Positions 1-8,148 of a DNA stretch of 64,000 nucleotides are shown here, piece by piece (the first letter of the stretch is position 1; the number at the start of each line of letters is the position of its first letter). The translations under genes were made by a program, and so were the position numbers. The notes beneath the pieces were generated by a model. The model saw only the letters and a program-made list of their open reading frames with translations. It was not told the origin of the DNA and made no database searches. The stretch comes from Solobacterium sp. GTDB taxonomy: Bacteria; Bacillota_I; Bacilli_A; Erysipelotrichales; Erysipelotrichaceae. The stretch covers positions 67 through 64,066 of the forward strand of contig JAFUCL010000103.1 of NCBI GenBank assembly GCA_017459725.1, given 5' to 3'.

Positions 1-191
1 GCTTGAATCTCTTGAATATCGCCATTGAAATGAAATCTTTTCACTCTGGCTGGCTTCATTTGGATGTTCGCTTTAAATGAATCTAAAAAGAGGCTGTTTT
101 CCAGCCTCAGAATGTTTCACCATTCCTTAACTGTTACAGCCTCTTTTTTTATCCCTTCCGGTATTTGTGCATACCGAACAAAAAGAACAGG

Positions 192-776
192 CTATGCGCC
201 TGCTCTTTCGTTCTTCTCGATATGTCTTTCTATAATCACGCGGATAATGTCGGCCGCAAGCTTTACGTCATCGTTGCAGACAACGTACTTGTACTCGCTG
301 ATGCGTTCCATTTCCTTGGCAGCTTTGGCAAGACGCTGCTGGACGATTTCCTCCGGCTCCGTTTTTCTGCCGCGGATTCTGCTTTCCAGCTCTTCCATGG
401 TCGGCGGGATGATGTAAATCGTCAGGGCATCCGGGCATTTCTTCTTTACCTGGCAGCACCCATCAACTTCGATCTCCAGAAGCACATTCTTACCTTCATT
501 GCGGAGCTCTTCCACACCCTTTACCGGTGTTCCGTAGTAGTTGCCGACAAACTCTGTCCATTCCAGCAGTTCATCGTTCTTGATGGCTTCCTCAAACTGT
601 TCCCTGGTAACAAAATGGTAATTGACTCCGTCTTTCTCACCTTCACGCATCTGTCTGGTTGTCATTGATACCGAATATGACAAGCGCAGAGCGGGATCGT
701 CCATAAACTCTTTGAGAACTGTTCCTTTTCCTACACCTGACGGTCCGCTAATTACAATCAGCAATCCTTTTGGCAT
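192..776 (-). CDS. gmk: Guanylate kinase (paralog 1, canonical P-loop)
   Basis: GPSGVGKGT P-loop, YSVSMTTRxxRxGExDGVNYHF and GNYYGTP motifs; GGAGG-like RBS upstream. Confidence 0.95.
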   Translation of the reverse strand: MPKGLLIVISGPSGVGKGTVLKEFMDDPALRLSYSVSMTTRQMREGEKDGVNYHFVTREQFEEAIKNDELLEWTEFVGNYYGTPVKGVEELRNEGKNVLLEIEVDGCCQVKKKCPDALTIYIIPPTMEELESRIRGRKTEPEEIVQQRLAKAAKEMERISEYKYVVCNDDVKLAADIIRVIIERHIEKNERAGA

Positions 777-865
777 ATTCCTGTCCTCCTCACTCAGTTA
801 CCTTACAAGGAATTTTTCTTTCCGTCAATCATGTTATAATTAGAAGCTGTTACGGAGGGCACAGT

Positions 866-2512
866 ATGGCACTGGACGGTATTCTTCTGCATAAAATCAT
901 TCCCGGCATTGCGGATATTCTGCCCTGCCGCATTCAGAAAATCTATCAGATCTCACAGACAGAAGTGCTGTTTCAGGTACACGGTCAGGGCGGTAGACAG
1001 CAGCTGCTGATTTCCTGCCACTCACAGTACAACCGCATCCTGCTGACAAAGAGAAACTATCCGACACCGAGTGAACCCGGCAATTTCATCATGGTGCTAA
1101 GAAAGTATCTGGAAGGCGCCACGATTCATACCGTAAGACAGGCAGGTCTTGACCGCTGGTGTGAATTCCTCATCCGCCGCCGCAATGAACTCGGTGATCC
1201 CGAAGATCTGCGCCTGGTTACGGAACTGATGGGCAAATACGCCAATATCATACTGGTCAGTGCAGCCGGCAATGTCATCGATGCCCTCAAGCGCATTCCG
1301 CCCTTTGAGAATACAAGACGAACCATTCATCCCGGTGCACAGTTCCAGGAAACACCTCCCCAGGATAAACGCAATCCCTTTACGGATCCGTATATAGAAG
1401 CAGATAAAACACTTACCCAGCAGTTTGCGGGTATTTCACCGTTCCTTGCCAAGGAAATCGAATTCCGTATGCGTGCGGGACAGTCATTCCCCGATATCAT
1501 GCAGGAAATCGAGGCTTCCGACCGTATTTACATTGCCAATGATCAGAATGAAGCGGTCTTCCACTGCATTGAGCTGACCTCTGTCGGTCCCTGCCGCAGC
1601 TATCCTGTCTTTGAAGGTTTTGATATCCTGTATTACCACAAAGAAGAAAAAGAGCGGATCAAGGAGATCAGCGGTGATATCTTCCATACAGTCAAGCGTG
1701 AACTGAAGCACCAGACCACCAAGCTGCCGCGATTGCTGAAGGAATATGACGATGCCTGCGACAATGCGCGCTGGCAGAAGTACGGCGATCTGCTGTACAT
1801 CCACAATATTACCGATACCAAGGGACAGACATTCATTGAACTGGAAGACTATGAAACCGGCTCTATGATCAAAGTTCCCCTGGACCCCAAACTGGACGGC
1901 AGCCGCAATGCCCAGAAATGCTATACGAAATACACAAAGCTGAAAAAAGGACAGCAATATCTGCAGGAACAGATAGCAATCTGCGAGAATGAGATCAGCT
2001 ATTTTCAGGGTCTTCTGGAACAGCTGGAACAGGCAGATTTCAAGGTTGCTGAGGAGATCAAGGATGAACTGGTCCGCGGCGGCTATATGAAAGACAAGAA
2101 ACAGAAGAAGTTCCGCAAAAAGAAAGATACCGGTCCTTCCTTCAGGACGGTCCGGCTGGAAGACGGTACGGAGATTTCATTCGGACGCAACAACCTGCAG
2201 AATGAGGCACTTACATGGCATCATGCGCGGCGGAATGAAATATGGCTTCATGCCAAGGATTATCACGGCGCCCATGTCGTAATCCATACACCGGAACCGG
2301 ATGAGAATGCCCTGCGGACAGCAGCCATGATTGCGGCATACTACTCGGCAGGAAGGAATTCTTCTTCCGTACCGGTCAACTGGTGCAAAGTCAGCCAGCT
2401 CAAAAAAATACCCGGCGCAAAACCGGGTATGGTACAGCTCGGATCGTATAAGACGATTTACATTGATCCGGAACCGGATCTGCCGGAATGGCTGGGCTTT
2501 TCCGAAGACTGA
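866..2512 (+). CDS. rqcH: NFACT-family ribosome quality control protein RqcH (FbpA/PavA-like)
   Basis: MALDG start, ELMGKYANIIL, GRNNLQNE and WLHAKDYHGAHVVI motifs; start moved to ATG 866 after GGAGG (854-858) and TGTTATAAT. Confidence 0.92.
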   Translation: MALDGILLHKIIPGIADILPCRIQKIYQISQTEVLFQVHGQGGRQQLLISCHSQYNRILLTKRNYPTPSEPGNFIMVLRKYLEGATIHTVRQAGLDRWCEFLIRRRNELGDPEDLRLVTELMGKYANIILVSAAGNVIDALKRIPPFENTRRTIHPGAQFQETPPQDKRNPFTDPYIEADKTLTQQFAGISPFLAKEIEFRMRAGQSFPDIMQEIEASDRIYIANDQNEAVFHCIELTSVGPCRSYPVFEGFDILYYHKEEKERIKEISGDIFHTVKRELKHQTTKLPRLLKEYDDACDNARWQKYGDLLYIHNITDTKGQTFIELEDYETGSMIKVPLDPKLDGSRNAQKCYTKYTKLKKGQQYLQEQIAICENEISYFQGLLEQLEQADFKVAEEIKDELVRGGYMKDKKQKKFRKKKDTGPSFRTVRLEDGTEISFGRNNLQNEALTWHHARRNEIWLHAKDYHGAHVVIHTPEPDENALRTAAMIAAYYSAGRNSSSVPVNWCKVSQLKKIPGAKPGMVQLGSYKTIYIDPEPDLPEWLGFSED

Positions 2513-3231
2513 GCTTCTTCCACGAATTTCAGCAGTTCCTTTACTTCGAACATGCGCAGACGGCGGTATTCGCCCTGCCGCAGTGTTCCGTATGTCAGAT
2601 TGCCGTAACGGATGCGTTCCAGTCTTGTTACGGTATATCCGAAGTATTCCATCATACGTCTGATCTCACGGTTGCGGCCTTCAAAGATCGTAATCACGAG
2701 TTCAGTCTTTTCTTTTTTGGCATTGCGTGATGATACATGCACGGATGCCGGCAGTGTCATGCCGTCCTCAAGCATGATGCCTTTGCGCAGCTGGTGGGCT
2801 TCCTCATCACTCATCAGACCGCTGATCGTAACGTTATAGGTCTTGGGAAAGTGACTGCGCGGATGCATCAGACGGTTGGCAAATTCACCGTCATTTGTGA
2901 GCAGCAGCACCCCTGTGGTGTCATAGTCAAGACGGCCGACGGGATAGATGCGCTCGGCTATGCCCGGCATATAATCCAGCACTGTCTCCCTGCCGCGGTC
3001 ATCGGAAACCGCACAGAGCGTCTTTTTCGGCTTGTTCATGAGGAAATAGACTTTCTGTTCCCTCTGCAGAGGAACCCCGTCCACCTCAATATCATCACTG
3101 CCGGAAACCTTTGTGCCGAGTTCCCATACGGTGACGCCGTTGACCTTCACACGTCCCTCAGCGATCATTTCTTCCGCTTTCCGGCGTGAAGCAACACCGG
3201 CAGCTGCTATTACTTTCTGCAAACGTTCCAT
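2458..3231 (-). CDS. rluB: 23S rRNA pseudouridine synthase, RsuA/RluB family
   Basis: N-terminal S4 domain (ERLQKVIAAAGVASRRKAE), catalytic GRLDYDTTG, EGRNREIRRM. Confidence 0.9.
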   Translation of the reverse strand: MERLQKVIAAAGVASRRKAEEMIAEGRVKVNGVTVWELGTKVSGSDDIEVDGVPLQREQKVYFLMNKPKKTLCAVSDDRGRETVLDYMPGIAERIYPVGRLDYDTTGVLLLTNDGEFANRLMHPRSHFPKTYNVTISGLMSDEEAHQLRKGIMLEDGMTLPASVHVSSRNAKKEKTELVITIFEGRNREIRRMMEYFGYTVTRLERIRYGNLTYGTLRQGEYRRLRMFEVKELLKFVEEAQSSEKPSHSGRSGSGSM

Positions 3232-3233
3232 AC

Positions 3234-3512
3234 TCAGTGTTTGTTCTGCGTATTGCCCCAGTATGCTGATCCTGCTTTGGTGAAATCATTCAGTATCATT
3301 ACCGGAACCTGCGCAAAACGCCCCTCTTTCTTCCGCAGTCTGGCACAGGCTGTCAAACGTTTTCTGCCGTCCAGACATATATATCCGTCTTCACATTCAT
3401 TGACTCTGACCGGTATGGCAATGCCTGAGCGGGCAATGCTCGCAAGCAGTTCATCACCCGGTTCACATTCCTCAAACCGGATCAGATCAAGACTGACTTT
3501 CTTCGTGATCAT
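3234..3512 (-). CDS. Small stand-alone ParB/Sulfiredoxin-like N-terminal domain protein (about 92 aa)
   Basis: LLASIARSGIAIPVRV...YICLDGRKRLTAC fits the ParBc pattern; start taken at MITKK (3512), overlapping the upstream stop; ends 2 nt before rluB. Confidence 0.6.
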   Translation of the reverse strand: MITKKVSLDLIRFEECEPGDELLASIARSGIAIPVRVNECEDGYICLDGRKRLTACARLRKKEGRFAQVPVMILNDFTKAGSAYWGNTQNKH

Positions 3513-6462
3513 CGGTATTCTCCGTCTTTGCTTCTTTCTGTTTCGCGGCTTCTTCAGCCTTCCTGATTTCATCCAGATTCAGCACTTCCGTCTCAAACAC
3601 ATACATAGCCTGCGTGAAATCAACCGGCGGTGCGGGTTCCTTGGCCTTTTCCTCGTCCTTGATGACACGCATGTTCGCAACCTTGCGCTTCCGTCTGATG
3701 CGGTGGATCAGCGTAAACAGCAGAATGGAAATCAGAATCACACCGGCAGAGACGGTCAGGGCGATGATGAACTGTTCCATGTCAAAGGAAACGGTATCGG
3801 CGGAAACAGCCTCTTTCGGATCCACACCGGAGTATTCATTGGACGTACGCCGGCTGGTGACCATGTATTCCCCGTTGTGCCATCCCATGAAGGTAATCGT
3901 CTGGTCTGTCTGCCGTGTATAGCACTGAACGACATCACCTTCCGCAGGATCGAAATACAGCACCGTGAACACTTCGCCTTCCGTTGCATTCTCGGGTTTG
4001 CGGATCGTATACAGAATCGGCGCATCGGGATCAAACGTCTCGAAATTGCGGATCAGTTCAATGCGGAAGGACTCATGAATCTGGTTATCGATGAATGCCG
4101 TGGTCCGTGCCAATGCCGTTGTGGCAAGGTCGGAGATGTTTCCGGTGATCTTCACACGGTATGTATCTTCCTGGAATTCGGGTCTGTTCAGTGAATCCGC
4201 CAGCGGCAGTGAAGCCGTCAGACCGGAAACACCGAGTTCATATGTGTTCTCTTCAATGATGTAGCGGATCTTTTCCCCGACCGCTTTGCGCAGGATCGTA
4301 TCAAACGAACGCAGCTGGTTCTGGGTCAGATACGGCAGCACACTGTCATCGATCTTCTGTTTCAAAGAAATCAGATATTTGGCATCATCCTCGCTGAGCT
4401 GTTCCTTGTCCTGATACATGGAAATTGCCCGCAGGATCTCATCCTTCAGTGTATTGCGCAGAGTATCCTTCTCTGCACTTACGGAGATTGCATAGCTCGT
4501 TGTGCAGCCGGCATAGCTGACCACAACTTCCCCGTCTCCCGCCTTATCCAGCGAGTATCCGGATACCATGGATGAGCTTAACGGCACGTCCATGTCCGTA
4601 CCATCCTCAAAATGCACGAGCACAATGCCGTTCTTCAGGGAGATACGGTCATACAGTTCATAATCCTGCTGGGGATTCTGCTTCATCTCGATGGAGCGGA
4701 CATCACGGTACTGGGCACGCAGAACCGTATCACCGCTGAGCGCAGCGGGATCGCCATCCCAGCCCGTGAACAGTGCTTTCTTCTTTACCGGGGTTACGGC
4801 TGCGGCTGTGCTTCCTGCCGGAAGTGTATACGTTATTGATTCTGCCTTGCCGGGGAATTCACCGCCGTTTGCATCAAATGTTACGTAGTTGTATTCCTTC
4901 TCTTCATTGGAGCCTTCCAGAAGGATGTCTATATCTTCAGCCTTGATATAACCGAGGTCGTTTTCGTAATCATAGTCGTAGGAAAGATCGATCAGTGAGT
5001 CTGCGTTCAGGGTTGCTTCAGACTGCACCTTATACCACTCACCATAGTCATTGATGACATGCCCGAGAATGACAAATGCCATATCGGGATTCTGACCGCT
5101 GTTATAGAGAACCTTGGAGCCGTTTTCCGGATACTGGAATACATAGACAAAGGCATCATTGGTCTTGATGCCGATGGTATAGGAATTGCCGTCGCCGGCA
5201 CCGATCGTGCGGTCCAGATTGCGGTAATACGCTGCTGCCTTTTCACCCCAGTACGGGTCTGCCGAATAGCTTACATTCATACCGGCTGATTTATTGCCGA
5301 AGAATCCGCCGTGATACTCCGCCTTCAGAGGACTGCAGTATGTGCCGGAAATATAATACTTGGCATGTGAATAGATCGAATTGACGGGGCTCTGGTATCT
5401 GCCTTCTGCCGCTTCCTCTTCCGACTCATATGCCGCATGGCTGTAGAGATTGTTGCGGGTATAGCTGAGGGATGATCTGCCGTATGCGGATTCACTCTCA
5501 CTCATCGCCAGCATCATTAATGCATTTGATCCGTACTGATACTGATACTGGAAGAAAGCCTGCGCCGTGCCGTACAGCTGGGAACGGGTCAGCGTATCAT
5601 CGATCATGTCTTTATCGTCATCGTTGTAGCGGGCAATGGAACCGATCAGGCCCATATCCTCCGAGAAATAGTTCTCCAGATCAGTAACCTGTGCATTTGA
5701 CAATGTACGGTGGGATACAAACTGATAGTAGTCATAGTAAGGATCTTCGGAATTGACACTGCCGTCATGGACACCGTTCTGCAGGTCATCCATCATGATG
5801 GTCAGATCATCAAGTCCGTAAAAGTAATGACCGTCATAGCTGTAGTAGCTTTCGCCTTCCTTCAGGTATGCAGGAGCGTCGCCGCCGTTGACAATACTTG
5901 CGTAATTGTCATCCTCCATACTGTTCTTGATTTCATGATACAGAGTCCCCTGCACCACGATATACTGGCTCAGACGGCTCTTAATGTTCTCAACCGGAAT
6001 GATCTCCACATCATCTGCGGAAACCCATCCGGAGGCACCGGAAATCATGAATTCGATCTGATCACCGCTCTGATTGGTGCCGAGATATACGGCATCAATT
6101 CCGTAGCATCCGTTGACAAACCCTTCCAGCCCGTCCACGGCATTCACATATGTTGTCACCACACTGCACGCATCATCGGTAGGCAGCTTTACAATTGCAT
6201 GCTCTGCCTGCAGGAGTTTGCCGTTATCCACGATGCAGAGATTCTCATACTCTCCGGCAAGCTGGCTGAATGCGCTGCGGGCATAATAAAAACTGTTGTA
6301 GTTGTCGATGATTTCACCGCTCGCAAAATCAACCAGATATACAGTTCCGTCCACCGGCACATCGGTGACTTCGACTGCATTGACAGGAACCGTATTTGCC
6401 GCAAACAGAAGCCCTGCCGCAGCCGCACAGATTCCTTTTGTAACCCACTTTTTCATATCCAT
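3487..6462 (-). CDS. Secreted, C-terminally membrane-anchored GH73 glucosaminidase-family peptidoglycan hydrolase with InlB-B-like and Ig-like domains
   Basis: Signal peptide MKKWVTKGICAAAAGLLFAA; NALMMLAMSESESAYGRS..NNLY and GMNVSYSADPYWGEK motifs; YVTFDANGG..FTGW; Ig-like PQQDYELYD..GxVxVSYAG; TM helix then basic tail. Confidence 0.8.
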   Translation of the reverse strand: MDMKKWVTKGICAAAAGLLFAANTVPVNAVEVTDVPVDGTVYLVDFASGEIIDNYNSFYYARSAFSQLAGEYENLCIVDNGKLLQAEHAIVKLPTDDACSVVTTYVNAVDGLEGFVNGCYGIDAVYLGTNQSGDQIEFMISGASGWVSADDVEIIPVENIKSRLSQYIVVQGTLYHEIKNSMEDDNYASIVNGGDAPAYLKEGESYYSYDGHYFYGLDDLTIMMDDLQNGVHDGSVNSEDPYYDYYQFVSHRTLSNAQVTDLENYFSEDMGLIGSIARYNDDDKDMIDDTLTRSQLYGTAQAFFQYQYQYGSNALMMLAMSESESAYGRSSLSYTRNNLYSHAAYESEEEAAEGRYQSPVNSIYSHAKYYISGTYCSPLKAEYHGGFFGNKSAGMNVSYSADPYWGEKAAAYYRNLDRTIGAGDGNSYTIGIKTNDAFVYVFQYPENGSKVLYNSGQNPDMAFVILGHVINDYGEWYKVQSEATLNADSLIDLSYDYDYENDLGYIKAEDIDILLEGSNEEKEYNYVTFDANGGEFPGKAESITYTLPAGSTAAAVTPVKKKALFTGWDGDPAALSGDTVLRAQYRDVRSIEMKQNPQQDYELYDRISLKNGIVLVHFEDGTDMDVPLSSSMVSGYSLDKAGDGEVVVSYAGCTTSYAISVSAEKDTLRNTLKDEILRAISMYQDKEQLSEDDAKYLISLKQKIDDSVLPYLTQNQLRSFDTILRKAVGEKIRYIIEENTYELGVSGLTASLPLADSLNRPEFQEDTYRVKITGNISDLATTALARTTAFIDNQIHESFRIELIRNFETFDPDAPILYTIRKPENATEGEVFTVLYFDPAEGDVVQCYTRQTDQTITFMGWHNGEYMVTSRRTSNEYSGVDPKEAVSADTVSFDMEQFIIALTVSAGVILISILLFTLIHRIRRKRKVANMRVIKDEEKAKEPAPPVDFTQAMYVFETEVLNLDEIRKAEEAAKQKEAKTENTDDHEESQS

Positions 6463-6500
6463 ACCCGCTATTCTACCATAGATGCACAGACGAAACAAAA

Positions 6501-7406
6501 TTACAGCTCTCTCAGCTCATCCATCCAGATCAGATTGGAAACGGGAGACACTGTATATACTTTGGTGAACTCCTCCACGGACATTTCGAGATTATCCCGT
6601 CCGTATACGGCGTTGTAGAAGCGGAAGAGATTGTCACCCACCTTCCGGTAAGCAACAAAATGAGAACCGCGGCGGTGGAAATACAGGAATATACCGCAGG
6701 CGGAAGACTTGATCCTATGCAGGCACATTTCCTTGACCATATGCGTCATATGCACATCCAGACCCTGTTTCTTCAGCCAGGCATAGAGTCCGTATATGGA
6801 GTGTCCGAACAGTTCCCCTAGAAAATCATCCGAACCAATCTCATCAGCACACTCAAACATAGTGCGCTCCATACCGTTCATCTTAAGGATATTGTATGCC
6901 GCAATCCAGCCGCATCCCTTGTCACGCGAACTGAAAAAGCCGAACGGAAGCACTTCCGTCAGTCCCTGATGGATAATATACCCTTCACTGTCAAATACCG
7001 AATCTTTTACTGCATATCTGTAGCCTTCGACAAGACGCTGCAGTACTTTACCCTTCGGAAAGAACAGATTATGTTTCAATGCCCGGATGGTTTCCGCATC
7101 ACTGCCTTTATACAGAATACGTTCGGGATGATCCCTGACAATGATTCTGTTTATAAGCAATGCGGCTGTATGGAAGAGAACCTTGCGGGTCTTCCGTTCC
7201 GGAACCGTAATAAAGTAATCCAGCACACTGATGCTGTTCTCTGTTTTCCAGCGGCAGATACCGATCCTGGCATTGTCTTCCAGAACGTACACAAAACAGT
7301 CCCAGGCACTGTGGTCCATCTCAAAAAAATCCGGCGGCAGAACACCTGGATCTGCATTTACCGGATCATAAATACTGCTGAATTGGTTTTCAGACAGAGT
7401 CAGCAT
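6501..7406 (-). CDS. Hypothetical protein: possible GNAT-like N-terminal half plus papain-like (C39-like) cysteine peptidase C-terminal half
   Basis: C-half has YIIHQ (oxyanion Q), KGCGWIAAYN (Cys), GSHFVAY (His) and FYN in papain-fold order; in-operon spacing with both neighbours. Confidence 0.55.
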   Translation of the reverse strand: MLTLSENQFSSIYDPVNADPGVLPPDFFEMDHSAWDCFVYVLEDNARIGICRWKTENSISVLDYFITVPERKTRKVLFHTAALLINRIIVRDHPERILYKGSDAETIRALKHNLFFPKGKVLQRLVEGYRYAVKDSVFDSEGYIIHQGLTEVLPFGFFSSRDKGCGWIAAYNILKMNGMERTMFECADEIGSDDFLGELFGHSIYGLYAWLKKQGLDVHMTHMVKEMCLHRIKSSACGIFLYFHRRGSHFVAYRKVGDNLFRFYNAVYGRDNLEMSVEEFTKVYTVSPVSNLIWMDELREL

Positions 7407-7408
7407 GC

Positions 7409-7843
7409 TTACTGATTGTCCTCTGTCAGATTTTCCTTGATATAGCGGTATGCTTTTCTGAGCATCGCTGCATCGTTTTCATATGTAAGGATAGCCTGTG
7501 CATCCATGATACCGACCCATTTCACTTCACTGATTTCAGAATGGTCAGGATGCTCTGAGCCGGAGACAGGTGTGGCAAGGAAATAAACAACCTCTTTCTG
7601 AACACCGCTCTTAGGGCTGTAATGTGTTTCCTCTCTGAAACCGGGATCAAGGCTGGTCATAAAACCGGTCTCTTCCTCTACTTCACGGAGTGCAGTTTCC
7701 ATCTCGTTTTCTGCATTCTCAATATGTCCTTTTGGGAAACCCCAATGTCCCTGATTATGGCGGATAATCAATGTTTGAATCTGATCATTTTCACGGCGGT
7801 ATACGACAGCACCGCAGGACTTTTCTCTGACTGGATAAGACAT
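7409..7843 (-). CDS. NUDIX hydrolase, Ap4A hydrolase-like
   Basis: Nudix box GHIENAENEMETALREVEEETG; EKSCGAVV and HWGFPKGH; AGGAGG RBS before ATG 7843. Confidence 0.88.
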   Translation of the reverse strand: MSYPVREKSCGAVVYRRENDQIQTLIIRHNQGHWGFPKGHIENAENEMETALREVEEETGFMTSLDPGFREETHYSPKSGVQKEVVYFLATPVSGSEHPDHSEISEVKWVGIMDAQAILTYENDAAMLRKAYRYIKENLTEDNQ

Positions 7844-7869
7844 ACGATTCCTCCTAAAATTCTTACTAT

Positions 7870-7878
7870 AGTATAGCA
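7870..7878 (-). promoter_or_regulatory. Extended -10 promoter (TGcTATACT) for the NUDIX operon
   Basis: TG-n-TATACT 26 nt upstream of the start codon; TTGAAA lies 19 nt further upstream (non-optimal spacing). Confidence 0.55.
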
Positions 7879-8118
7879 CCAAATGACCATGCCTTTTCAA
7901 GTACATTCATGAATGTATTTTTGCGGTAAGAGCGCTTTGTTAACGTATTTACAAGGATTTTACATATCATACAGTTTGTAAAGACTGACTGTTTATTACA
8001 TGCAGAGATGGTTAACATCAACCGAATGTGCCTGCCGGAAATCTCCTCTTCCGAAAGGTTCGCAGCCTTCAAAAATCGGCTGTTTTAAAGCGTTTTCGCT
8101 CATACAGGCAAGGAACTG

Positions 8119-8142
8119 AAAAAGGCGGGATTTCCCGCCTTT
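8119..8142 (-). terminator. Intrinsic terminator of the giant surface protein operon
   Basis: AAAGGCGGGA-AA-TCCCGCCTTT hairpin with T-run on the minus strand, 6 nt after the stop codon. Confidence 0.85.
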
Positions 8143-8148
8143 CGGTGT

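Noticed and set aside
7866-8072. 68-aa ORF in the intergenic gap
   Set aside because: No SD at a usable distance, crosses the NUDIX promoter, and has no protein-like features
8029-8110. tRNA or c-di-GMP riboswitch call for the cloverleaf-like element
   Set aside because: Lacks the TTC T-loop, 7-nt anticodon loop and CCA; lacks the GEMM-type GCAAA/GNRA-receptor pattern; kept only as an unassigned structure
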